IMG/VR virus record: IMGVR_UViG_3300026121_000008
Coordinates: 1-64,000 of that record
Strand: one strand, 5' to 3'
DNA length: 64,000 nucleotides
From: a virus
Lineage: Duplodnaviria; Caudoviricetes
The notes beneath the pieces are model-generated. The model was not told where the DNA came from, did no database searches, and saw nothing but the letters and a program-made list of their open reading frames with translations. Positions 1-9,744 of this stretch are shown here, piece after piece (position 1 is the first letter of the stretch; each line of letters begins with the position of its first letter). Made by a program: the position numbers and the translations under genes.

Positions 1-11
1 CCCTCCCGAAG

Positions 12-3000
12 GTGGCCTATGACCCCGGTCAGGCACGAGATGCTCATGGGCGATGGACTGAGGCTGGACCACTGGTGGCCTACCACGGGACCGTGGAAAA
101 GCGGCTGGAGAGCATCCTTCGTGAAGGACTCACGAGAGCCCATGCGGGTGAGGCATGGAAAGCGTTCTCCCGGACAGATCGTGTGTATGTGACGACGAGT
201 GAACAGGATGGAAAAAATTGGGCCGAAAATTCAAAGCATCGGCATGAGGACATTGATGACTTGAGGCGAGAGGAACAACTCGCGACCGCTTCTCCCCTTG
301 ACATGCTTGCGGAGCGTCCGGAGCCTCGGGTGACGTCAGAAGTGGCGGTCCTGCTCACCGTGGAGATCCCAGCCTCCGAAGTAGGCAAGCTCGAAGAGGA
401 TCGCTATTTTCCGGGGGAAACAAAACGCACCTTTGATGGTGATATCAAACCGGAGTGGATTACCCGTGCTCAAGTACTCAAGGAAGGAGATCGAGTTGGG
501 GGTAATTGGGAGGATGTCCCTCTCCGGAAGAAAATCGCTAGAGACGGGACGACCATCTATATCGCGTTGTTGCTGAGTGACGACGAAGTCACCAAGTGGG
601 ACGAGCACCAACACCCCCGCGACAAAGAGGGTCAATTCACTGAAGCCGTGGCGGCAAAGGTCGCTGAGGCGGCAAAGGTGATCGCGGACGCCAAGACTGA
701 TGGCCGTCCGGTGTTGTTTCATTCAGGAGATGCCAGTATTGATGCCCATCTCGCCCAAGGTATCGAACCCCGCTTCGGGGGGTGGCTCGAAGAAGTGTTG
801 AGTGGCGCGACGGATGATGACGAGCTTGCGGATCAAATCCGTGAGCAAGACCCGGTCACGTTCTTTTCGACCGAGCCTGATTGGGTCGCCATGAAAGTGG
901 CGCGGGCGATGGGAAAGTTTGTGGGGGATGTCACGCTGGAGGACATCCGGACGCATGGGCAATTGAGCATCATTAGTGTCGCGGCCCGTGATCCGTCTGA
1001 ACGATTTACGGAAGCAGAGCAGGACGCCTTCACCGAGGAAGAGTGGAAACATCAAGAGCGTCTGACGGAGAAGGGTGCAGACCCGGATGATTTTCTCACC
1101 GTGGGCGGGAAGCACCACGAAGAGATCATTCCGCTGGGTGGCACGTCCCGAGGATTTGAGGAGATTCCGTTTGGCGTCGAGCCCAAGGACATCTTCTCGA
1201 AGAGCACTATTGTTCCAGATGTGACGTTGACCGGGGATGCACTGGTGGCGTTTCTGCAAATCCACTACCCCCATCTTCTAGCCCATGTGAAGAAGTGGGA
1301 TGAACAGAAACACCCCCGCGACAAAGAAGGGCAATTTGTAGAGGCGGCTGATACCGTTTTGACCAGTTCATATGATGGTTATCAGCACATGATCGAGATG
1401 AAGACACCGGACGGTCACCTTATCGGTCATGCGAAGCTCCGCATGACTTCTCGTGACTTGGCCGAGTACGACATTCTGCACATCGATCCAAAGTTCCGAG
1501 GCCATGGGTATGGAGAGCACCTTTATCGGGCCATCGCAGACAAAGCGAGAAGACTTGGCGCGAAAAGAATTCTGGGGGATGTAACGTCCGCAGGCGTATT
1601 ACGACTCGGCATTAAGGTGTTAGGGACACCGGAATTCATTGCCGATGCCATTGAGGAGTATACCCTTGAGCAGGCTCTGAAGAAATTGGAGCCACAGGCC
1701 CCCGAAAATGCCGAAGGTGTCATTGATACGGCCAACTATCTTGCTGTGCGCTGGCCGCTTCGGAAGCAAAAGTACGCTATCAAGTGGGACGAAGCTCGAC
1801 ATCCTAGAGACAAACAAGGCCAGTTCGCACACGGGGGTATCACCGAAGTAACCGGGGTGGATTGGGAATCCTTTTACTGGGGTAAAGATTTCAGAGAGCC
1901 TGACGATTACTACTACCACGTCACGTTAGCTCCACACGCTCAACGTATTGTGGAGAACCAAGAACTTACACCGGGTCGAGCGCAGTTTATGGGTCGAGCA
2001 GAACCAGCCGCCCATTCAAAAGGAAACGTCTTTCTGACGGATAGGAATGGAGTGTACTTTTGGGCCAGTCGTGTGCAGGACCATGCGATGGATCAGTACG
2101 ATGATCCCCCGAAGGTGGCTGTGGTTCGTATTCCAAAGCGTTTGGTCCCTGATGTCTCCCCTGACCCGGCAGGCACACGAGATGCGAACGCCCCCGCGTA
2201 TATTGTCAAGGGACCGTTGTCTTTGAAGTGGGATGAGCAAAAGCATCCCCGAGACAAGCAAGGCCAGTTCACCGAGTCCGGAGGGGATGTCGCGGCAGAA
2301 GAAGAAATCTGGCCCATCGAGGGGGGAGGACCAGAACGAAAGAAGTGGAACAAGCTCCTCGTGGTGGCGAAAGACGCCGATGCCGTAATAGAGGGTCTGG
2401 TCAATGCCCAAACGCAGTTGTATCTGCGTCTGAAAGAGAAGTATCAGGTTCACACCCCGGAGGGGTTAGCGGCGTATCTCAAAGATCCGGAATGGGTCGA
2501 GGCGGATGCCAAACGTGAGGCGGCTCAGAAAGTCGTGGATGCTGCCTATGAGGTACTGAATAAGCAAGCCCCCGCCATGCGGAAAGAAGTCGTGACGAAC
2601 CTCGCCGCAGATGTGGCGAAGCGACTCGGCATCGATCCCTCTGTCATCCATGTCGTAGACAAAGAGCCGCGTGAATTCTCCGTGGGAGACAAACAGTTCA
2701 AGGAAGGTGGGCACTACGATCCGCGAGATCTTCAAATTGAAATCAATGCCCGGAATATCGGCTACAACAATGCACCGGGCGTCAAAGGCGTGGTCGCCCA
2801 TGAAATCTCTCACCTCATCTACCATCAGTTGAAGAAAACGGCAGAACAGGAGTTCACTCGATACACGGATCTTGCTATCACCCCGGACGGACAAGGGTAT
2901 ACCGATTGGTACAAGGAACGGTTTGAAACCGTACCGGGATTGTTGTACCAGAAGCAGTTGAAATCTGAATATCGAGCCGAGTTTGCGAAGATGTTCCCCG

Positions 3001-3404
3001 CTTCCGCTGTCATCGCGGGACTCAGTGATGGAGATTTCTTCAAGGGCCTGTCCAATTTCATGATCAAAGAGAACGGGCACAGTGCCTATGCCAAGTCGTA
3101 TTGGGACGAGCAGGCGGTCAAGAACCGAGGGTATGAGCCTGCGGTGAACGAGACCATTGCTGAAGTGACCCGATTTTTAAGCTATCCCAAGTCGTGGCAA
3201 GAGGACCATCAGCCCGACATGCACTCCCCGTGGGTCATTCTGACCGGGAAGATGCACGCATGGTATCGGAAGAAGCAGGATCAGGCGCAGGCCGAGTTAG
3301 ACGCGAATTTGAAGGCCCTCAAAGAGCACCAGCGACAAGAGGCCATTCAAATGGAATTGGAAGCGGAACAAGAACGCCGCGCCCGTCGAGAGCACCACCC
3401 ATGA
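12..3404 (+). CDS. Polyvalent head-cargo polyprotein 1: ART / ART-like / GNAT / ART / zincin modules, each behind a tag (may extend 5' of the window)
   Basis: Five tags (YDPGQARDAHGRWT, then 4x KWDExxHPRDKxGQF). Modules: YHGT..ILREGL..VYVT..DIKPEWI (Tpt1/KptA-like ART); LFHSG..FFST (ART-like, tentative); IDPKFRGHGYG (GNAT motif A); YYHVT..VFLT..VVRIP (ART); HEISH..SAYA..NETIAE (zincin). The frame is open to the window edge. Confidence 0.8.
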   Translation: MAYDPGQARDAHGRWTEAGPLVAYHGTVEKRLESILREGLTRAHAGEAWKAFSRTDRVYVTTSEQDGKNWAENSKHRHEDIDDLRREEQLATASPLDMLAERPEPRVTSEVAVLLTVEIPASEVGKLEEDRYFPGETKRTFDGDIKPEWITRAQVLKEGDRVGGNWEDVPLRKKIARDGTTIYIALLLSDDEVTKWDEHQHPRDKEGQFTEAVAAKVAEAAKVIADAKTDGRPVLFHSGDASIDAHLAQGIEPRFGGWLEEVLSGATDDDELADQIREQDPVTFFSTEPDWVAMKVARAMGKFVGDVTLEDIRTHGQLSIISVAARDPSERFTEAEQDAFTEEEWKHQERLTEKGADPDDFLTVGGKHHEEIIPLGGTSRGFEEIPFGVEPKDIFSKSTIVPDVTLTGDALVAFLQIHYPHLLAHVKKWDEQKHPRDKEGQFVEAADTVLTSSYDGYQHMIEMKTPDGHLIGHAKLRMTSRDLAEYDILHIDPKFRGHGYGEHLYRAIADKARRLGAKRILGDVTSAGVLRLGIKVLGTPEFIADAIEEYTLEQALKKLEPQAPENAEGVIDTANYLAVRWPLRKQKYAIKWDEARHPRDKQGQFAHGGITEVTGVDWESFYWGKDFREPDDYYYHVTLAPHAQRIVENQELTPGRAQFMGRAEPAAHSKGNVFLTDRNGVYFWASRVQDHAMDQYDDPPKVAVVRIPKRLVPDVSPDPAGTRDANAPAYIVKGPLSLKWDEQKHPRDKQGQFTESGGDVAAEEEIWPIEGGGPERKKWNKLLVVAKDADAVIEGLVNAQTQLYLRLKEKYQVHTPEGLAAYLKDPEWVEADAKREAAQKVVDAAYEVLNKQAPAMRKEVVTNLAADVAKRLGIDPSVIHVVDKEPREFSVGDKQFKEGGHYDPRDLQIEINARNIGYNNAPGVKGVVAHEISHLIYHQLKKTAEQEFTRYTDLAITPDGQGYTDWYKERFETVPGLLYQKQLKSEYRAEFAKMFPASAVIAGLSDGDFFKGLSNFMIKENGHSAYAKSYWDEQAVKNRGYEPAVNETIAEVTRFLSYPKSWQEDHQPDMHSPWVILTGKMHAWYRKKQDQAQAELDANLKALKEHQRQEAIQMELEAEQERRARREHHP

Positions 3405-4750
3405 TCCCCACCCCTATCACCATCGAGGGCAAGACCGGCACCGTCGTCTATCTCGATGCCCTCTGGCACCCGGTCCCTCCTGAACGTGCCACCATGGCCC
3501 GTGTCCTTTTCGATGATGGGAGTTCGGCCTTCTTTTTTACGGAGCCCGACACTGTTGAGAAGTTCGACCCCGCCCAACCCCGTGATAAAGACGGGAAGTG
3601 GACACAAGGGTTGCATCTCCAAGGGCCGAAGAGCAAAAAACCAGAACGACTTTCGACGGCTGAGTTTGAGGCGCGGTATCCGGAAGAAAAACGGTTGTAT
3701 CTGGGGGTGACGTCTTCTGCTGCTGCAGAACGCGCCCGTGAAGGGGGCGGGAAAATTGGGGGCACGGGCATGCACATGCAGCAATCGGTGGTCCATGCCC
3801 AAGGTAATGCCCAGCGTGAAGCACGCGATCAAGGGAACGTGCTGCGGTTTGCCATCAAACCGGAAGCGCGGGTGGTGCGATTGCCCCATCGATTGTGGGA
3901 TGCCAGTCCAGAACGGATTGACAAGTGGGTCACAGAGCAGCATGCCGATATTGTGAACGTCGATGACGTGGAATTCATCGTGAAGAATCCAGCGATGGTA
4001 GCGGTCGATTCGCATGACTATACGCTTAGTGAAGCGGTCGTGCTGGATTACGAGCGGAGCGGCTACATACTCGATGAGTATGAAGCAGAGAAAGCGGCCC
4101 TCGCGGCATTACGACAGGCCACGATCCCGTCTTCGGTGCCGTCCCAGACAGACCTTCCTCCCTACCAACAGGCCCGAGCCCTGCTACAGGACGCTGTCGG
4201 GAAAGAGATTCCGGTGGGAGTGGATGATCATCCTGTCGCAATTCGCGCCGCACAGGAGATCGCAGAGGTACTGAAGGAGATGCAGGCCAAGGGCTATACG
4301 ATGCCTCGTGAGATCGAAGTCCGGGCGCAACAGACCCAGATGCCTGCGGGCGAAGCCACGCACGACATTTTGCAGATCAAAGTGCCGGATAACCTTCCCG
4401 ATGATGTCACCCTCGATCAGGCGACTCTGGCGGTCTACGGGGAGGTGGATTATGCCGGGGTTCCCAATTATGTCCCTCGTACGTTCAAGGAGATCGTGGT
4501 TCACGAGATGGGGCATATCAACCGCCGTCCCGCAAAGGTGAGAGAAACACCAGCGGCAGCGAAGGAATTTGCACGGGAACTAAAAGCGATTCACGAGATG
4601 CCCACTGCCGCGAAAGACGTGAGCCGCTATGCGGCACAGAATGCCGAAGAATTTGTGGCGGAGGTCTTCACCAAACTCTATCGCGGGGATACGGTCTCCC
4701 CCAAAGTCATGCGGGTGTATCGTGGGTTGCGGGGAGGAGTCCTCCGATGA
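3401..4750 (+). CDS. Head-cargo protein 2: short N-domain, tag, ART-like module, zincin metallopeptidase
   Basis: ATGA overlap with the upstream stop favours a start at 3401 over 3194. Tag EKFDPAQPRDKDGKWT; RLYLG..GTGMH..EFIVKNP (ART-like, tentative); HEMGH..SRYAAQNAEEFVAE (zincin). Confidence 0.75.
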   Translation: MIPTPITIEGKTGTVVYLDALWHPVPPERATMARVLFDDGSSAFFFTEPDTVEKFDPAQPRDKDGKWTQGLHLQGPKSKKPERLSTAEFEARYPEEKRLYLGVTSSAAAERAREGGGKIGGTGMHMQQSVVHAQGNAQREARDQGNVLRFAIKPEARVVRLPHRLWDASPERIDKWVTEQHADIVNVDDVEFIVKNPAMVAVDSHDYTLSEAVVLDYERSGYILDEYEAEKAALAALRQATIPSSVPSQTDLPPYQQARALLQDAVGKEIPVGVDDHPVAIRAAQEIAEVLKEMQAKGYTMPREIEVRAQQTQMPAGEATHDILQIKVPDNLPDDVTLDQATLAVYGEVDYAGVPNYVPRTFKEIVVHEMGHINRRPAKVRETPAAAKEFARELKAIHEMPTAAKDVSRYAAQNAEEFVAEVFTKLYRGDTVSPKVMRVYRGLRGGVLR

Positions 4751-7700
4751 GTCTTCCTCCATGGCCTGATTGGACGGCTGAGCAGTGGCGGGCTGTCGTG
4801 CAGCCAATTGCACGAGAAGGTGTCGGAGGTCTCACCCGGAAGTTCGATGCCACCCAACACCCCCGAGGAGAGGATGGCCGCTTCATTGAAGCTACCCAAC
4901 CCAGAATCTTCAGTCGAATGACTGATGTTGGCTCCTACATGAGTTGGGGCGAGAAGAAGTGGGGATGGCGTGCGACGGCTGAGGACATACGTTTTGGCGC
5001 GAAGTTGGGAGAAGTCACGGGGAGGCTCCTGACGGGTGAACCCATCCCCCGTGACCAGATCCCCGCGAAGCTCTATCACGTCACCACCAATGCTCCTGCC
5101 GTTGAATCCTCTGGTGTCCTCCTTGGCCTACTGGAAGATGGCGGGATGGGCGGAGGACAAGCCCAAGGCGTGTCGTTTACGTCCAGCCCGGAGGATGCCG
5201 AGGTTATTCAGCGGGAGTTGAAGCGGGCGGTTCATATTGCCCGAGGGGATGTGCAAGGCATCGAAGACTTTGAACGCTATGCCAGAGAAGATGAGCAACG
5301 GGCAGGGCTCCCGAAGGGATCACTGGATGCGGCGTTGACGGAAGTGCGACGAACGTGGGACGTCCAGAAGGATCGTCACAAGCAATATGAGGCCCCTGAC
5401 GAGCAGGAGCGGGTTCGACGCAGTAATCTGGGCGATCTCCTGAACCTCTACCTGTATGGCCGGGAAACGGCCTCAGAGAGAGTGACGGGATCACGAGTGG
5501 AGATTCTCAAGAATCCCATCCTGTTTGGCCAACAGAAACATCTGGCCAAGATCAACCCCGACCACATCCAGATTCTGGAAGCTGATGCCGAGGACATCCC
5601 CGCTGATGCCCTCGTCACCACCGGCTCCGATAAGTTCCTCCATGAGGTCCGAGTCTACGCGGACGTCCCGAGACGCCGGAAAAAGGCCGCATCTGAGACC
5701 GCCCATCCTACCCAGCCCCTTCCCAAAGTTGCCAAAGACGCCAATGCCTTTGATGAGACAAAGCACCCACGAGCCCCCGGAGGCACGGAAGAAGGCGGGC
5801 AATTCACGGAGACGGGACGGTCTGGTGTCCCGACCTCTGACCCTACGCTGGCGAAGCAGGCTAAAGACGGGATTGTGTACGTTGAACGGCTTCTCCCAGA
5901 GGCGGTAAAAACCGCCCGCTATGAAAATGTGTCGGGGACATGGGGGTACTTGACGAAAGAGACGCAGGAGGCCGTTGAACTCGCTTACAAAGAAAAGATT
6001 TACGAGAGCACGTCTCAGCACTTGTTCACCGCAGATTTTGATAATGATCTCAAGATTGCCTTAGCGAGGAAAGAACGAGACGCGATTCGGCAGGAAGGGT
6101 TGAAGCGGGTGAGAGCCCTCTACCCAGACGTCGATCCGACGACGGTGATGCTGAGTCCTGATGCCCCGAAAGAAGCGTCGGGCTACGTGCCGTTAGGGCA
6201 GAGTGAATTACGTCATACCGATGGGTCGCCGCTCAGTGCCAAAGAGTATCGAACTCTTGATCAAGCGTGGTTTCAATCGTTTAAGGATGCACGGGATGAC
6301 GTCTTTAGCCAATTCATGGCGTCCGAGGAATATGCGGCATTACGGGAGCAGCAGGTCAGAAAAACTGTTCACCAACAATGGCAGAATCTCCCCCCTGAAA
6401 CCAAGTACCAGAAGGCCATTGAGATGCGGCAACGAGGAGAGTTGTCGGGGGAGGGGCTTGAAATCCTTGCGAAGGAACCTGAGCACTGGACCACAGGGGT
6501 GGAGCAGGGTGACCACACGGACGAAGACTACGCCCGGACCCATGCGATAGCCCTGAAACTCACCGAACTCCGGATGGACGAGATCCGGAAAGAGCGGGAT
6601 ATTGGCGAGCCGAAGTCGGTGTATTCGATTCGGCCTGCTGCTGATCCAGACGATGGGTTCATAATCACAGACAGTAGTGATGGCACGACGGTGGCGACGG
6701 CGTTGACGCAGGAGGAAGCCTTCCAGCAAATGACGGAATGGCAGGAGCAGGAAAACACACTCCTCTCCTCCAAAGCGGTGATTGAGTCCGTCTGGGAGTC
6801 ATGGAAACGTAAATCCAGTGAGGGCTTGGGCCTGTCTCTGCAACTCGCCGCTGCCCGAGAATTGGGTGGGCACCATCGGATGTCGCCGGAGGAAGTTCAA
6901 GAGGCAGAAAAGCAGGCGAGGGAGCACTTCGGCCAGTATGGCATGGCTACCCTCCAAGCCTATGTGCGTGCCCAATGGGAAGTGACCCAGATGGTCATGC
7001 AGAAGGCGGGGGAGAAAGAGGTCTCCGTCTATCGTGGGCTGATGCTGAGCGGAGATCAGGTCAAGACGACCACGCATGAAGTCGTGGATGAGTCAGGAGC
7101 CTCACTCCGGCCCACGAATGTGAGAACGATCACGAAAACTCCTGCTGACGCAGATTATGTCGCGGGGGAGTACGTGAGTTTTGAGTATCGAGGACATGAG
7201 TTAACAGAGCCGAAAGTCCGCACGACGCCGTTTACATGGGAGGAAGTGGACGCCGCGACGAGAGAAAAAGTGGCCGAGGGGTGGGCTACGATGATCGGCA
7301 CAAAAGAAACCACCCCTGATCAAATCAAAGCGGCGTATGCCGTCCTGAATGATTGGAGCAAACTGCAACTCCTGCAGACGTTGATTACCCGAGGCATTAT
7401 TCCTCTCTATCCGTATGAGAGTGAAGAAGCCACGGTCCAGCGGGGGGTGAAACGGTATTTGGAAGAGATAGAGTACCAGAGCACCTTCACCAAACTTCCC
7501 AATCTCTCGTTGAAGCGAGCGGGTGCCCAATCCACCACCGGCACCCCCGCTATCGCTAATGACTGGGGAGGGGTCGGGGATCTTCCCCCCAACCCCGTGC
7601 GCGTGGTCATCCGGGTACAGGCCCCACCCACATCGGTGCTGTCCCTTCCCGTCTATGGGCAAAATGCTCAGAGTGAGCACGAGACCGTGCTCCTCGGTAC

Positions 7701-9744
7701 CCCCGACAAGTGGCTGTGGGATGCGTGGGAAAAAACCGCCCCGGAGTTCAGCAACGTCACCATCACTACCCACAAGGAGACCGCCACCAAGGCGGAGACC
7801 CTCCCCCTCCTCATCGATCTCCAAGCCGAGGATCGTGGGAAGCCCCACTGGATGACCGGGGTGAATTGGGCGACGGTGACGAAGTTCGATGAAGCTAAAC
7901 ACCCCAGAGAATCCGCCGGGTCTGCAGAAGGAGGTCAGTTCACCGAGACCGGCCATGTGGGAGAAGCCACCCCTGATCCGGTCCTCGCCAAGCAAGCGGA
8001 GGCAGGCATCGCCGCCGTAGAGAAGTTGCTGCCCACGGCAATCAGCACAGCCGACTATGAGACCACGGCTCCTGTGTCCACATGGAACGACGTCCAAGAC
8101 GATCTCCAAGACAAGGTGCGGCAGAAGTGGGTAGAAAATGCGTATGACGATGTTGATGTAGACACGTCCGAGGTGGATCAAGAAGTCACACGAGAACTAG
8201 AAAAGGATAACCAAGAAGTCCTCGATGACGCGATGACCGCCTTAGAAGAGGGCTTAGAAGAGAAATTCCCAGACACCGCTTCCCAACTCCCGTTGGAAAC
8301 TCCGCTCGAACTCTTCCGCCGGGTGGATATGGACACAGTGGACTATGGGGAGGGAGAGCACGAAGACGACAAGACTGTGAAGCTGGATCTGGATGCCCTA
8401 CGCTTCACGTCCGGGGAAGAATTGACAGACGACGAGAAACGCATTGTCCAAACGCAGTGGGACAGTGCGTATGGAAAGGCATTTGATAACCACCTGTCTA
8501 AGGTATTTGAGTCGGATTCTTACTACGAGCGGATCGATAAAGTGCGGGATGACGAGATTTTGCAGCAGTGGGATGATCTCTCTGACCAAGATAAATTCCA
8601 GTTTTTGGCGACTCATTACCCCGATGACATGGCCGATTTCACGAGTAGCGTGGAAGGCGGCGAACCCACTACATGGACGACCGGCGTCGAGTCTGGAGAT
8701 CACACCGATGAAGACTACGCCCGGACTCATGCCATCGCCCTTCGACTCACCGAGATGCGGACGGACGAGATCCGGAAGGAACGGGGACTGCTAGAGTCGA
8801 AAGATCGTCCAAAGTTTACCATTCGACCGACTGCGGCTGATGATCCACCCGGAGGGTTTACGATTGTCGGTGAAGACGGGACTATTGTTGCCCACACGAA
8901 TACGGAAGAAGAAGCCAAGTCCGTGGGGTTCCAGTGGGCCACGAATATGTCCAAGCGGCCCCCTTTGGCCACTTCTACTCTCATTATAGAAGTATGGGAC
9001 CAGTGGAAGACGTCCTCCAGTCGTGGCCTCTCCCTCTCGATGCAATTGGCTGCAGCAAAAGAACTGGGTGGGCATCATCGTCTGTCTCCGGAAGAAGTGC
9101 AGGAGGCTGAGAAAATTGCGAGGCCCTACGGCGGCATCGAAACGCTCCAAGCCTACGTGAGAGCCCAGTGGGAAGTGACCCAGACCATCATGAAGAAAGC
9201 CGGAGAGAGTAAAATCAAGGTTTACCGAGGGCTGATGCTACCGGGGGATGACATCGAGATGACGAAACACGAGGAAGTGGAAGTCCCCTCTCCTTATCAG
9301 GGGGCTCAAGCTCGTTCGTATTCCAAACTTCCTGAATTGTCGCTGAAGCGGGCCGGAGCCCAATCCACCACGGGGACGCCCTCCGTGGCGAATGACTGGA
9401 ATGGGGTGGGGAATCTGCCCCCCAAACCAGTACGAGTAGTGATCCGCATCGAAGCTCCTTCGACGTCCGTCTTATCGTTGCCGGTCTACGGGCAAAATGA
9501 ACAAGCGGAGCATGAGACGGTGCTGCTGGGTACGAACGATAAGTGGTTGTGGGACGTGTGGCTCCGGAAGGCTCCTGAGTTTTCCAGTGAGCCCATCGCC
9601 ACTTCCGCCAAGAAGGCCGAGCCGCCTCCCAAGAAGACGCCGCTCGTCATCGATCTCCAAGAGGCCGACCGAGACAAGCCCCACTGGATGAGTCAGGTCG
9701 AGTGGGAGAAGCAGAAGGCGCAGGACAAGGACACCAAGAAATGA
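4747..9744 (+). CDS. Head-cargo polyprotein 3: one H-type ART plus two paralogous R-S-E ADP-ribosyltransferase modules
   Basis: Tags at 4840, 5749 and 7882. Module 1: LYHVTT..VSFT..HEVRV. Modules 2 and 3 each: VYRG..QSTT..QxEHE (R-S-ExE signature). Confidence 0.8.
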   Translation: MSLPPWPDWTAEQWRAVVQPIAREGVGGLTRKFDATQHPRGEDGRFIEATQPRIFSRMTDVGSYMSWGEKKWGWRATAEDIRFGAKLGEVTGRLLTGEPIPRDQIPAKLYHVTTNAPAVESSGVLLGLLEDGGMGGGQAQGVSFTSSPEDAEVIQRELKRAVHIARGDVQGIEDFERYAREDEQRAGLPKGSLDAALTEVRRTWDVQKDRHKQYEAPDEQERVRRSNLGDLLNLYLYGRETASERVTGSRVEILKNPILFGQQKHLAKINPDHIQILEADAEDIPADALVTTGSDKFLHEVRVYADVPRRRKKAASETAHPTQPLPKVAKDANAFDETKHPRAPGGTEEGGQFTETGRSGVPTSDPTLAKQAKDGIVYVERLLPEAVKTARYENVSGTWGYLTKETQEAVELAYKEKIYESTSQHLFTADFDNDLKIALARKERDAIRQEGLKRVRALYPDVDPTTVMLSPDAPKEASGYVPLGQSELRHTDGSPLSAKEYRTLDQAWFQSFKDARDDVFSQFMASEEYAALREQQVRKTVHQQWQNLPPETKYQKAIEMRQRGELSGEGLEILAKEPEHWTTGVEQGDHTDEDYARTHAIALKLTELRMDEIRKERDIGEPKSVYSIRPAADPDDGFIITDSSDGTTVATALTQEEAFQQMTEWQEQENTLLSSKAVIESVWESWKRKSSEGLGLSLQLAAARELGGHHRMSPEEVQEAEKQAREHFGQYGMATLQAYVRAQWEVTQMVMQKAGEKEVSVYRGLMLSGDQVKTTTHEVVDESGASLRPTNVRTITKTPADADYVAGEYVSFEYRGHELTEPKVRTTPFTWEEVDAATREKVAEGWATMIGTKETTPDQIKAAYAVLNDWSKLQLLQTLITRGIIPLYPYESEEATVQRGVKRYLEEIEYQSTFTKLPNLSLKRAGAQSTTGTPAIANDWGGVGDLPPNPVRVVIRVQAPPTSVLSLPVYGQNAQSEHETVLLGTPDKWLWDAWEKTAPEFSNVTITTHKETATKAETLPLLIDLQAEDRGKPHWMTGVNWATVTKFDEAKHPRESAGSAEGGQFTETGHVGEATPDPVLAKQAEAGIAAVEKLLPTAISTADYETTAPVSTWNDVQDDLQDKVRQKWVENAYDDVDVDTSEVDQEVTRELEKDNQEVLDDAMTALEEGLEEKFPDTASQLPLETPLELFRRVDMDTVDYGEGEHEDDKTVKLDLDALRFTSGEELTDDEKRIVQTQWDSAYGKAFDNHLSKVFESDSYYERIDKVRDDEILQQWDDLSDQDKFQFLATHYPDDMADFTSSVEGGEPTTWTTGVESGDHTDEDYARTHAIALRLTEMRTDEIRKERGLLESKDRPKFTIRPTAADDPPGGFTIVGEDGTIVAHTNTEEEAKSVGFQWATNMSKRPPLATSTLIIEVWDQWKTSSSRGLSLSMQLAAAKELGGHHRLSPEEVQEAEKIARPYGGIETLQAYVRAQWEVTQTIMKKAGESKIKVYRGLMLPGDDIEMTKHEEVEVPSPYQGAQARSYSKLPELSLKRAGAQSTTGTPSVANDWNGVGNLPPKPVRVVIRIEAPSTSVLSLPVYGQNEQAEHETVLLGTNDKWLWDVWLRKAPEFSSEPIATSAKKAEPPPKKTPLVIDLQEADRDKPHWMSQVEWEKQKAQDKDTKK

